Part shown: positions 38,721 through 50,052 of the stretch, piece by piece
Position numbering within the stretch: the first letter of the stretch is position 1
Layout of the letters: each line of letters begins with the position of its first letter
Position numbers and translations under genes: made by a program
The notes under the pieces: generated by a model
The model's database searches: none
Told to the model about the DNA's origin: nothing
The model's input: only the letters and a program-made list of their open reading frames with translations
NCBI GenBank assembly: GCA_001179505.1
Contig: CDMY01000206.1
Span: forward strand, 103,344-167,343
Direction of reading: 5' to 3'
DNA length: 64,000 nt
Source: Vitrella brassicaformis CCMP3155
Lineage: Eukaryota; Protista; Chromerida

Positions 38721-39182
38721 TGGACGAGTGCGTGAGGGCGTTGCAGGCCGACCGTGTGTGTGTGCGTGTTGTCATGCAGACTGACTCCATGAGTGCTATT
38801 TGTAAGAGACTAACTCCCACAGTGCTCACGCGGGTCAGGGTACCTACCTGATTTGTGTCTTGTGGTCACCGGCAGGCAGGCAGACAGGCAGGCAGACAGA
38901 CATCACACAAAGGCCGCGGTTGAGAGTGCCGTGGGGTGACCGGGGCGCACTTTGGCTATGCGTCTATCGAGTGTATGCAGCTGCGCGGTGTTTTTTCAAT
39001 GTCAGCACGGTGTTTTCTCGATGTGACTATGTTCGCCCTTGACTTCATGGACAAGTGTGTGGTGAGGACGTTGCCAAGGCATCCGTGTGCACGTGGATCG
39101 ATGGACGAGTGCGTGAGGGCGTTGCAGGCCGACCGTGTGTGTGTGTGCTTGTTGTCATGCAGACTGACTCCATGAGTGCTAT
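38721..39182 (+). repeat. ~80-bp direct repeat pair (38721-38799; 39102-39182)
   Basis: TGGACGAGTGCGTGAGGGCGTTGCAGGCCGACCG(TG)n...GTTGTCATGCAGACTGACTCCATGAGTGCTAT present twice. Confidence 0.9.
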
Positions 39183-40723
39183 ACACGTGTGCCGGCATAT
39201 TTCATTCAAGTACCTACTACCTGATCTACCGGAAGGGGGGCAGGCAGGCAGGCAGATTAGATCAGCTTACACAGCAGCGATTTGGACTGTTGACTGCTGG
39301 GTGTGGGCTGGCCAAACTGGCGAGTCTGGTTTATGTATGGTGTGTTAAGCGGTACCTGTGGAGTGGAGATGCAACCATGACTTGTGTGCTCAAAGGGTTG
39401 ACACGGCTGTTTTTGTTGGTTGGCTCTTTGGACTCGTTGAGCAGGAGGCCTGCAAGTGAGAGGAGAGAGGCAATTGTGACTGGACTTGGCTGCACATATG
39501 TGGGGTGGGTAATGTAAAGCATTTGTGTGATTGTGAATGGACGGCCAAAGCGGCTGTGTGGGAGGGACTCACTTGGCTGACTTGGCTGAGTGGATTGATT
39601 AGCCTGACCTGTGGTGTTCGTCTGGCCTGGGGTGACTGACTGGCCGGGGAGATCATATCGGGGAGGGACATGGGCAGGGGCAGGGGCATTTGTGTGCAGC
39701 ACGCACAGCTTGTGTGACTGCTGCGCTGCTCTACTGACTGACCACTGTGTCACCTGGGACAGGGTCCAGACGCTTTCAGACGCGGAGTTCACTTGAGTCA
39801 ATCGTGTGCATTTAATCAACGCACATCCCTCTGACTGTCCATATTGCGAACCACCATATAAAGCTCATGCATCAGTCTCTTCAGACATGCAACACCGTCA
39901 GACCCCTCCATCCATCCATCCCTGCGTAAGTGCACACGCGCACATGGATCACGGGAGACATTCCAAAAGGGACGTCAAGATACAAAATGTAGGCACCGAT
40001 TGCCTGTCCTCCGCCGTGGCCTCACGGATGGCCACAATGAGGTGGACTGCCTTGACTGACGATCACATGTGCCCGTCTGTCTGTCTGTCTGTATGGCCCC
40101 CCTCCCCATCCATTCACCAGACAGACAGCCATTCGAGCACACGCGCACTGGTGCGGGGGTGTCTCTGGCCTCTTGATGTACATGTGGGGGTGCGCGTGGG
40201 GCGGCGTCCTGACTTGAGCCGCCAACTGTGGCCTTCGGGCGCCACTGATGGCGAGACCTCCTCCCTCCTCGGATGCCGCCAGTGATCGATGCGAAGGTGG
40301 CGCCCGCAGGGAGCGGACCGGCAGTACGTGGTCGACGGCAGGGCGGCAGACGACGCCATGGACGAAAGGGGTGGGTGAGTGGTGGTGTAGGCGCCAATGG
40401 ATGAAATACGGCTGACAAGAGGATCGCAGGGGAAGGAAGAGAAGACATGAGTGCATCGCTCTCGGCATTCAAAGCCTTCCTTGTTATCCATATGCCTGCC
40501 TACCAGCCAGGTTTGCTGCCTGTCTGCTTCTGTCTGCGAGACTTTTTGGCGCTGCGAGGGGTCGGGAAGAGGCCTGAGAGGTTGCGAGGGGTCAAGACGC
40601 CAAAGCCGGCCGGGGCCTACAGGAACGAAGAAGCGACCAAGGGAAACAGGGCGGCATGAGAGCGGCTAGCATTGTCCGTGTGTTGTGTGTGGCTGTATGT
40701 ACCGGCGTGCTAAAATCCCACAC

Positions 40724-42734
40724 CTACACACAAACACATAACGCGCCCAAGTGATTCAGCAGGACATCCAGGGACTTTTCTGACGAGGTATGTTTGCCTA
40801 CCTTGGGTGGCTGTGGGTTCCTGCTGGTCAGCCGCTTGGGTGGGGTGGGTGACGTGAGCAGGGGCAGCTGTGGCGTGAGAGGGACACGTGGTATCAGCCC
40901 TTCACAATATAAAATGTGGACAGCGATTCTCTGGCAGATCGACACACCCGCCGGCCTGCACACAAGCGAAGAAAGGTCAAGTCTGCCTCTCCTGATGTCT
41001 GAGGGCCAGCAATGCTCACAAGTGCGCACGCCGCTTGAGATGGAAACCAACCCATCAGAATATAAAACGTAGACAGCGATCCGGAGCAGCTGAAACAGAA
41101 AGAGAGACAGCGGCGCTGCACTCATTTCAATGCAGGTATGTAGTTCGCCCGCCTATGACTCACAGCAGCCGTCGCACCGAGGTTGGTGGGTCTCAGAGAC
41201 ATCCCCAAACCCGCCCCAGCGCCGCCAGTCTGTGGAAAGGGATACATGTCGTGTCTGTCTGTCTGTCTGTCTGTCTGCTGGTGCATACCGTGAGGTACTC
41301 GACGCGCGTGTCAGGCAGATCGAAGGCCCCCTGAACAACAAGCAGCCAGCAAGCACCCGCACCAACACGCAATCAGTACATAAACGCGTTCATCGCTGTG
41401 CAAATCAATCCATGTGTGTGTCTGTGCCGTCCCACCTGGGCTGCTCTAAGTCGCTGGCTGAGCTCGGGGACGCCCTCTCGTCGACCCACGCCGCATTTGG
41501 TATTCTGACCTTTGTAGAGGCGATGGATGGGATGTAAGTGCCCGTCAGGATATAAAATGCAGACAGCGGTCTGTACGGTCGTAAGAGCTGAAACAAAGAG
41601 AAGAAAAGCATGTCTCTAAGGACAGAATTCAGCAAGCTGCGACGCCGTGTCTCCTCCTCACCATCACTCCTCGTCCGACTCGGTCACAGCACCCCCACCA
41701 CGACCGTCACGTCGTCCTTCTTGCTCCCCCGACCCGTACTCCGGCTGTAGGCTGCTCGCCCGATGGCCAGTGGTGGATGTGGTGCTGGTGGGGATGGTGC
41801 GGCGGGTGGGGTGCCATGGGGAAGCCGACGTGCCTGGTGGTAGTACTGGGCCTGCTGGTGGTAGTAGTGCTGTGCTTGTGTTGTGCTGGATGCTGGTGCT
41901 GGTGGGGAGAGGGAAGGTGAGCGATCGGGGTCTGCAGCACGGGGGCGGGGTGGTTGCCGTAAGGGGCAGCTCCAATGGTGCTGGGCCTCTGAGCAACACA
42001 GACAGACCAGCACACGGAGAGTGGGGGAGAGAGGATATGGCAATCACCGAAATGAATGGATTGAGAGGGGGATTGAGACGGCATTGAGGTCGTTGTCTGT
42101 CGATGTCCTTCCCTCATGGCCTTCCTTGTCTGTCCACCACGGCACGGCCTGCTCTATCTATCAGGCTCAAGGTTGTCGGCACTCACTATCTGAAACCACC
42201 TGGTCTATCAACACCATCATCGACAAGCATACAGAGAGAGAGGGGGAATGGAATGATTGCATACGTGCCTTTGATATTCGTGTGCCCGCGTGGTTCCAGC
42301 TTACTCACTCACCTGGTGGTTGCTGTCTTTGGTACTTGCTGGCTGGAGCATTTGTCTGAGGCTCTGTGTGGGTGACTTACACCCTGAGAGGCGTGGCGGG
42401 GTCACCCAGTCGTCGGGCGAAGATGCTCTCAAGCCCGTCTTCTGCTGCGTGGGGTTGCCCCTCGCACCGAGTGATCCCTTCTCCTTCTTGGTCTTCCGTT
42501 TCTGTCGCTGCCGCTGTGCCTCGCGCACCCGCTGGTCTGGGTCGATGCGGGACCACCAAGTGCCGAGCATCCATCTCGAGCAGGAACCCGTCTAGCAACT
42601 CCTCCAGCAGGAACAAGGCGCACACGCCAAAATAGTGGAAGCCCACCCAACACATGATCCGGCCGATGCTGCTGCTAACGCTGCTGCTGTCACCCTCGTG
42701 TGTGTCGTCGTCCTGCACTCCTACCCACTTATGC

Positions 42735-42740
<6 letters not shown>
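40724..42740 (-). pseudogene. Degenerate coding fragments related to the 29.7-32.6 kb family
   Basis: Shares a 40-nt intron with 31300-31350; short exon-like ORFs; internal triplicated motif. Confidence 0.35.
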
Positions 42741-42771
<31 letters not shown>

Positions 42772-43071
42772 NNNNNNNNNNNNNNNNNNNNNNNNNNNNN
42801 NNNNNNNNNNNNNNNNNNNNNNNNNNNNNNNNNNNNNNNNNNNNNNNNNNNNNNNNNNNNNNNNNNNNNNNNNNNNNNNNNNNNNNNNNNNNNNNNNNNN
42901 NNNNNNNNNNNNNNNNNNNNNNNNNNNNNNNNNNNNNNNNNNNNNNNNNNNNNNNNNNNNNNNNNNNNNNNNNNNNNNNNNNNNNNNNNNNNNNNNNNNN
43001 NNNNNNNNNNNNNNNNNNNNNNNNNNNNNNNNNNNNNNNNNNNNNNNNNNNNNNNNNNNNNNNNNNNNNNN
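42772..43071. other. Assembly gap (300 N) flanked by poly-C
   Basis: Run of N. Confidence 0.99.
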
Positions 43072-43095
43072 CCCCCCCCCCCCCCCCCCCCCCCA

Positions 43096-43190
43096 GCCCC
43101 CATCTGTGGGGGCGCTGTGGTGCTGAGGGCCGAAGCCCTCAGCACCGGAAGAGGCCGCAGAGGCCCCCCTTCTTCTGAGGGGGGCTCTGC
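43096..43190. repeat. Three adjacent GC-rich stem-loops
   Basis: GCCCCCA-tctg-TGGGGGC; GGTGCTGAGGGC-cgaa-GCCCTCAGCACC; GCAGA(G)GCCCCCCT-tcttctg-AGGGGGGCTCTGC. Confidence 0.85.
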
Positions 43191-43334
43191 GACCTGTCCC
43201 GCACCTGGTGCGGCTCTCGTGTTGCTGACGTCTGCCCGCCGCCAAAGAGGCCGCCAGCTCCTCTGCCCCCCGTCCTCCCCTGCACATGGCGATGGCTCTC
43301 CGATGCCGGCGCCGCTGCCGCCATACGGTGGTCC

Positions 43335-45188
43335 TCATTGATGCCGATTGGCCCAATTGCCAAACAACAGGTTAGGTGCGGCGCCGAAGGCTGGAGCTGG
43401 GTGAGGGTGGAGATGCGGCGTTCGGGTGGCGTCAGGTGAGGGGACGAGGGGCGGGGAGGGAGACGCTCGTGGAGGGAATGACGGATGATACGGCTGAAAG
43501 GGGCGGCTGCCTGGGGGACCGAGACAAGCGAAGAGGCCACCGGGGCTGGTGCGATGGCGAGAGTCATCATGCCGGCTGCTGGAAGGGGGCCACGTTGGCC
43601 GGATTGTGCAGCGGGAGGAATAAGCACCTGAGTGTATCCACCCCATCTCATTCAGGGTATTCTCCCTCTCTCCGCCCGACGTACCAGCAGAGATGGCGCC
43701 AGGATCGTTCGTAGCAGCCGTGCCACCGGACATCTGTGAGCCGTGGCCGCTGCCGCCGCTGCCCGTCGTCATACCGCCCCCACTGCCCCCCGACCGCAGT
43801 CCCGTCTCCACATACGGCGCCGCGAAGCATCGAACAAGCCGGCGCCCATCGCACCACCACCAGCAGGCTGTCCGTGAGGGAAGAAGGGCGGCACTGCACG
43901 GCGTGGCGGGCTCACCCAGCCCGTCTGCTGCTGCGGGGGGTTGTCCAGGCCCTGGCCCATGCCGATGCACTGCAGGCCGTCCTGGGGTCGCTTCTGACGC
44001 GGCAGCTGACCAACATGACTGGTACGTACAGACACACACAAAGGGAGAGAGAGGGCATGAAGGACAGACAGCTCAGCTTGTGGGGGCTGTCGTGAGTGTC
44101 AATCAGTACTGTAAGCCACCTGTGTGGCGGCATTCTGTGGGCCTTGTGGTCAAACGGCGGTCACGACGAGACGGTGCCGAGCCCCGCCAGAGGGTCGATG
44201 TCGACCTCATGGCCGCGCTGTGCGATGCCGGGGGTCATCTGGGGCCACAGCTTCGCCGGCTGCTGGAAGGGGGAGGGGGCCACGTTGGCCGGACTGTGCA
44301 TTGGGAGGGGCCCTGGCACTACATGTACGGGGGCGGGGCGGGGGTGTGGGTGGCGGTGAGGGAGGGGAGAGACGCCGGCAGCGCTGTGCTGCTGGACCTG
44401 GACCGGGGCGGCTTGGGGGGGGGCCTGATGACAACACACAGACAGCCACACAGACACCGAATGACTGCATCAATCACAGTAAGTGCCTGCCGATCCCTCC
44501 TGCCCTGCAGACATGGTGCGGGTATGTGTACCTGGCGCTGCTGCGGCTGCTGCTTGGCGCGCAGCTCCTCCAGCTGAGTGCGCAGCTGCTGCGCCTCTCT
44601 CTCGGCAGCCTGCTGCACAAGACAGAGAAGGCATCAAACACAAGGATACACACACATCCACTGATCAGCGTGTGTGTGGATGTCAGAAGTCCCGGATAGG
44701 GCTGACCAGCCGTGTGCGCTGCTCCACAAATATGGGCCCGGCCCTCCGCCAGGACTCCTCAGCCTTCAGCAACTTCCCTACAAGGAAAGCATACAGAGGC
44801 ACATGAGTGATGACCCCTTCCATCACATCATCGTGGCGGCGTACCGCCCAGGTAGTGGTGGTTCTCAATGAGTTCGAGCAGGTCCACCTCAAGCTGCCGG
44901 CGGGTCATGCGGCTGAGCACTGCAGTCAGTCATCACAGAAACCAAGAGAGGACACACAATGACGGAGAAGAAACGAGCATGCAGTGAGAACGGCCTTTCG
45001 GCGCCCCGCCCTCTCTCTTGCCCCGTCTGTCTGTCTGTCTGTCTGTCTGTCTGTGTACTGGCTGGCTGCATGGCTATCCATGTGTCCTCCTGACGCTGAC
45101 GGAGACGTGCCAGCCTCTCGTGCTTCGCCTTCGGCCACTGCCCGAACTTGCACGCTTCGATGAACAGGTCGGGCCGCTGGGTCTCCAT
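43335..45188 (-). CDS. Hypothetical coiled-coil/Pro-rich protein, copy 2 (inverted paralog of 33063)
   Basis: METQRPDLFIEA...RLARLRQ; LSRMTRRQLEVDLLELIE; QQAAEREAQQLRTQLEELRAKQQ; shares a near-identical intron with copy 1. Confidence 0.55.
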
Positions 45189-45210
45189 GGCTGCTGCTGC
45201 TGCTCACTGC

Positions 45211-46310
45211 TCAGCGACGGCCCAAGGTGACCTCAGGGGCGCGGTATTGTCTGGTGTTGACGACGAGAGAATCACACTCCTCCTCAAACCTTGCCCCTCC
45301 GAAATCTATGACTGAGACACAAAACGGGCATCACGAGTGATGAGTGGCGTGGTATTTGATATGTCTTGCATGCACTTTTGGTATCAGCTTTGGCCGGGCG
45401 GACGAAGTGATCGCCCAGAGGGGCACCGGATATCTGCAGTAGGGACACACAAAGGCCATTAATCGTGGTGGTCGTATCCTGTATGCGCGGGTACGTACCC
45501 GTGACGGTGGCACGCTTCGCGCTATGTGCGGGTCAGCAAACAAGACATTCTTGTGCTGCATTAGGAGAAAGACACATAGGCTTGCCGTCTCATCTTTGAC
45601 TCCTCAGTGTGTGAGGTGAGTTTCATGGTGTGTAGGAAATCCAGGCCGTCCAGCACTTGCCTTGCCACCACTTGTATGTTCTCCAGGTATGTGGGTAGGT
45701 CATCGACTGTTTGTGTTGCCCAAAGCATCGATCCATCTCCATTCACTAAGTAGGATCACTCACTCACCTGACAGGTACTTGATCTCGTCATCGGGGTGCT
45801 CCCCTAACGCCGCTCACACACACACATCCCGCACGTGCGTACGCGGCTGGCATTCTCATTTTTCCAATGCCCATCATCATTCTCCTCTGGTCCTTTGAAG
45901 AGACTGGGGGCGGAAGGGGGCCGAATAGTTACGGGGCGTGGAGAGACCACCAGATTTAGCTGAGGAGCAAGACAAGAACCTGACGAAAAAGCGAGAACGA
46001 AAAGAACACTCCGTCTCTCGTCGAGAATACTTTCTCATGCCAACCCACGGCACCAGGCGCTCAGTTCTCGTCCTTGTGCGGACACTGCTGGCCTCGCTGG
46101 CAACACAAGACAAGTATATGTGCTCAAAAAGTCCCAAAAAGTCATGTCTGCTCTCACATGTCCACACACGGGCACACAGTGACTTACCTCAATTCGAAAT
46201 AAAACACCGACGAGCGCGGTGCACAGACAGACGGGAGCCTTGGCCAGGAGCAGCTGCCCCGGCTGGCTGCCGCCGCGGTGGGCCGATAAGGGCGGCGAGG
46301 TCATTGGTTG
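45211..46310 (-). pseudogene. CLK: CLK/LAMMER (CMGC) protein kinase pseudogene fragment
   Basis: Spliced by eye: ENDDGH; NIQVVARQVLDGLDFLHTMKLT; HKNVLF; RPAKADTKI|IDFGGARFEEECDSLVVNTRQYRAPEVTLG then stop at 45211. No intact HTDLK loop; no Gly-rich loop found. 5' boundary approximate. Confidence 0.8.
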
Positions 46311-46478
46311 CCGCTGCCACGTACGGGAAGGAAGGGAGGGCGCGGCGGAGATGGTGGGCGGGGCGCGAGGGAAACCAGCCAGAAAAAGACAAAACTGAGA
46401 GCTGGAAAACAAGGGAGGACAACACGGCAGCTGGTGGTGGTTTGTTTTCTTCTTTGAACCACGTCCCTGTCTCCTGCC

Positions 46479-46512
46479 GTCTCCCGACGAGAATTCTCGC
46501 CAATTTCACAAA
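46479..46512. repeat. 34-nt dispersed element, copy 1 (inverted copy at 63701-63734)
   Basis: GTCTCCCGACGAGAATTCTCGCCAATTTCACAAA is the exact reverse complement of 63701-63734. Confidence 0.9.
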
Positions 46513-46809
46513 CTAAGCCACACGTTGGTGCAGGTGACGTTGACAGCCCTGGAGGTGTGGGGGGTTAACGAATATCCCGTGCTGACATGTCGACTCCTGC
46601 TCTCGGGGAAACTTCATCATCCGCTGCCCCTGTCTGCCCTTCGCTCTCACGCTCCCTCTTGCGATGCTGAACAGAAGCTTTCACTCATCAACATTGCCGC
46701 CGATTTCGTGTCTGCCTTTTAGCTCTTCCATGTCCTTCACGCCCCTGGCAGCGGCGGTTTCATGGACCACCCTAGGCGTCAGAGAGCTCGCAACGAATTT
46801 GCGGGGGCA

Positions 46810-47974
46810 ATGGCAGAGAATGGTGGCGAAATGGACGCCGCAGGTGAGGCCGAGGAAGATCTGTTCGACAGGTCGGGAGGTGATGCGGGCGATGCGGCCA
46901 GCGGTGACGACCGACCAACGAGGGAAAGGAGGAGAGGCAAGAAGGGCAAGAAGAAGGGCAGAGATGAGCCAGACCAGGAGCAGGATGAAGACAACGAAGA
47001 TCTCTTTGCCGATGGTGGACCTGGGCCGTCGAGTAGCGCGGATGAAGTGCCATGGGAGCACGACAAGCAGCCGCCGCTCGGTGCTCCAGTGAGGGTCCAA
47101 TACTGCCCAGGTGAGCCATTCAATTGCACTGGCCTCGATGCATGACGAAACCGTCACGCTGTGCTGTGATCAGATTGTGGGATGCCGCCCGACTTCTGCG
47201 ACTGGGGCGGCATGTGGGACAAGTGCAAGATCCGTGCTGCTGAGCAGTACCCGCAGTATTACCCTGAGCTGGCCGAGAAGATGGCTAGCCTCACCCTCGA
47301 GGAGAAGGAACAAGTGGAGGCCGCTGCGGCCGCGAGCGTCGCCAGTGAGTCATGCATAATGGATGACAAGAGCCTGCCCGGCATTGTGTGTGTATGTGTG
47401 TGTGATTAGACACTGAGTTAAAGCTGTTGGCCAAGAAGAACAAGGGCAAGGAGGTTGAGCAGAAGGTGACCGTCCAGCGGCAAAACAGGAAGGGCAGGAA
47501 ATTCATCACCACCGTCAAGGGGCTCGAAACGTTCGGTCGGTATGCGCACCATGACACCATCCATGCCACACAGATGCGTGCGTTGGTACCGTCCCGGCGT
47601 CATGGGTTTGTATGTGTGAAGGTGTGAAGCTCGATAAGGCGTCTAAGGTGTTTTCCAAGGCCTTCAGCTGCGGTGCGGCTGTCGTCAAGGGCGCCCCAGG
47701 ACAGCCGGACGAGATCGACATTCAGGTTGGCAGTGGATGGGTGGGGTCGGTAGATAGGCACGTGCCGTACGTGTGTGGATGGCCATCGATGCGATGCGTG
47801 TCTACATAGGGTGATGTGGAGGACGGGCTGGAGGAGGTCATACTCAGGACTTTCCCTGAGGTGAGTGAAGGAGTGAGTGAGTCAGCACGCAATGCAGCGG
47901 CAAGAAGGCTGTCACTGTGTGGGTTTCTGCATCAGGTTGATGACGACAAGATATATTACTTGAAGCCCAAGTAA
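46810..47974 (+). CDS. DENR: Density-regulated protein (DENR/Tma22), SUI1-domain translation reinitiation factor
   Basis: VQYCP|DCGMPPDFCDW (CxxC...C zinc motif), KVTVQRQNRKGRKFITTVKGLETFG, FSKAFSCGAAVVKG, EIDIQ|GDVED. Confidence 0.92.
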
Positions 47975-48225
47975 GACCGAGATACTGATGTATCTCGGTC
48001 TTATTTGGGCTTCCTGTTCGGGGTCGGGTCGGGGTCTCTACGTACGTATCACCCCTATCCAGTGCGTCGCGTGTGTTGTGCATGCGATGCAATTGACAAG
48101 GGACAACAATGACAGACACTTGCCTTACCGCAGCACTCGTCATATCTCGTCAATGCACGCTACATCCGATCACTCAATCCGCTTATTGACAGCCCCACAG
48201 CCCGTCATGAGACAACACACCCCCG

Positions 48226-49804
48226 TCACTCCGCACAGTACACCTCAACAATATCACTCTGAAAGCCCGCTTCATCGAATGCACGCCGCACAGTGCGGAG
48301 CTCATGCGGACGAAAATCGTCGATTCTCCGAGGGATGAGCTGGGCGAGGCATGCGAGAAGCATTATATCGGCTCGCCCTGCCCGGGTGAAGGCCATCAGT
48401 AGCTCGGCGATGTCAGAGGAATTCACGGATGCATTCATCTTGACCTGACAGACACGCAGAGAGATAATGAGACAGGCCAAGGTGTTGTGGTGTGTTGCTC
48501 CCGGGACCTACCATGGTTTGTATGCGACTGGAGATGAAGCCGAATAGGTGTGGCGGGATGACGTCGAGCTTCGAGTAGGCAGCACTGATGTGCGCCAGGT
48601 CGCTCGCGCTCCAGCGGTCGTTAACACGACCCATTTCAGACCCGCTTGGCCTCGTTTTGTCATTCAGCAACTGCAGAAGAAGACACTCACACACACGTGT
48701 CAATGGATTCCAAGCGAGCAAATAGAATGGATGGCCTCTTCGTGTGTGCGGGCTCACCCGGTCAGATGAGTATCGTGGCGGCGCTGCCCACGGCTTTGCA
48801 GCATCATTCCTCGGCGCTCCTGCCGACCCCTCGGCAGTCTCCTTGGCCACAATGACGTCCGCAAAGCTGTCCATCATCTCGTCGTGCCGAAATCTCGCCT
48901 TGGCGTACGCGTGCATCAACAGGGCGATCTCCATGCACGAGAAGTAAGCCCTCCACTCCACAGCTAAGTGACCCAGCGGTCCGAAGACCGATGCGTCCGC
49001 TATGTTCATCCTGGCAAAGGCGCCCAGGAGGAGGCAGAGGGCCTGGCAGGTGAGCTCTATCTGCCGGTGTTCCGACTGGATATTCTCAGCGAAGGCCTCG
49101 TAAAGCTGCGGGTCGGTGACTTGCAGCTTGGCGAAAGCGTGGGCAATGTGGGCCATGGCCAGGCCGTCCAGTGTGGTGCGTCGGTTGCTGCGGATCTCCT
49201 GCGATATGGCGTCAAAGAGCTCCGCCCGATAGAGGTTCTGTTTGGCATAGTAGAGGCAGATGGTGGCCAGCTGCTGGTCGCTGAAAGCCGTCACGTGCCG
49301 CTGCAGCTGCTCATGAAGCGACGCGAACAGAGGCCGGTCCCACACATCCAGCCGGGTGAGGGCGTCCACCACATTGGCCAGCACTTGAGCCGAGGCAGTG
49401 GCGGTCTGCTCGTCTTGCTTGCTCGTGGCAAGCGTCCGCATCAGCTGGGTCGCGAGAGCCTCAATCAGAGCCACATCCCTATATGCGATTCGCGCCAGGC
49501 TGCTAAGCAATAAGGATACTTCCCGCGGCGCCAGAGAGCCCGCCAGCCGCTTCCCCTGGTCCGCCAGCCGCCTCCAGAAGTGCATGTCAGCGTAGCCCTG
49601 CTTGGAGGCATTCATGGCGGCGTGGCACAGCTCACGTGCGCCCATCTGCAATGGATTGGATGGGTCAAGGCTGGCCTTGTCGACAGATTGGCGGAGCAGG
49701 GCATGTTGTCGGCGCGTCAGAGAGCGTCGCTGTGCACGGACGAATGCGGGAGGCGCCGGAGGGCGAAGAAGAGGTGGAGATGCGGATGCTCTGGATACTG
49801 CCAT
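48226..49804 (-). CDS. Heptatricopeptide/OPR-like helical-repeat protein (probable organellar RNA-binding)
   Basis: Consecutive 37-39-aa helical repeats (AQVLANVVDALTRLDVWD..., DQQLATICLYYAKQ..., GLAMAHIAHAFAKL..., CQALCLLLGAFARM..., CMEIALLMHAYAKA...). R/P/S-rich N-terminus resembles a mitochondrial presequence. Confidence 0.75.
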
Positions 49805-49860
49805 CTAATTGCTCCGTCACGATGCCTCTTGCGATGAAGAAGATGCGACCCCTTCCTCGG

Positions 49861-49880
49861 CTGCGAGCTAAGCTCGCAGA
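49861..49880. promoter_or_regulatory. Inverted pair of the AGCTCGCAG motif
   Basis: CTGCGAGCT-a-AGCTCGCAGA between the divergent HPR and hypothetical genes. Confidence 0.6.
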
Positions 49881-50052
49881 TCGTCACAATCTTTTTGGCT
49901 TTTTTGATTGTCTGAGCACCCAGAGAGCACACGCGTACGTCAAGCTACACCACCTCGAGGAAATATCGAGAAAGAAACCGCAAAACGGCCTTCCCCCACC
50001 GCCGTTCCCTCATCGACTTCTGACTTCATCGCACTCACATCAGAGGAACACG

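Noticed and set aside
345-43071. Poly-G/poly-C tracts flanking three 300-N gaps and the long X-containing ORFs spanning them
   Set aside because: Fixed-length scaffolding placeholders; the homopolymer flanks may be sequencing artefacts, and ORFs running through N are not evidence of coding.
43560-44310. Internal repeat CCGGCTGCTGGAAGGGG...GCCACGTTGGCCGGA present twice
   Set aside because: Explained as a Pro-rich coding repeat within the 43335-45188 gene.
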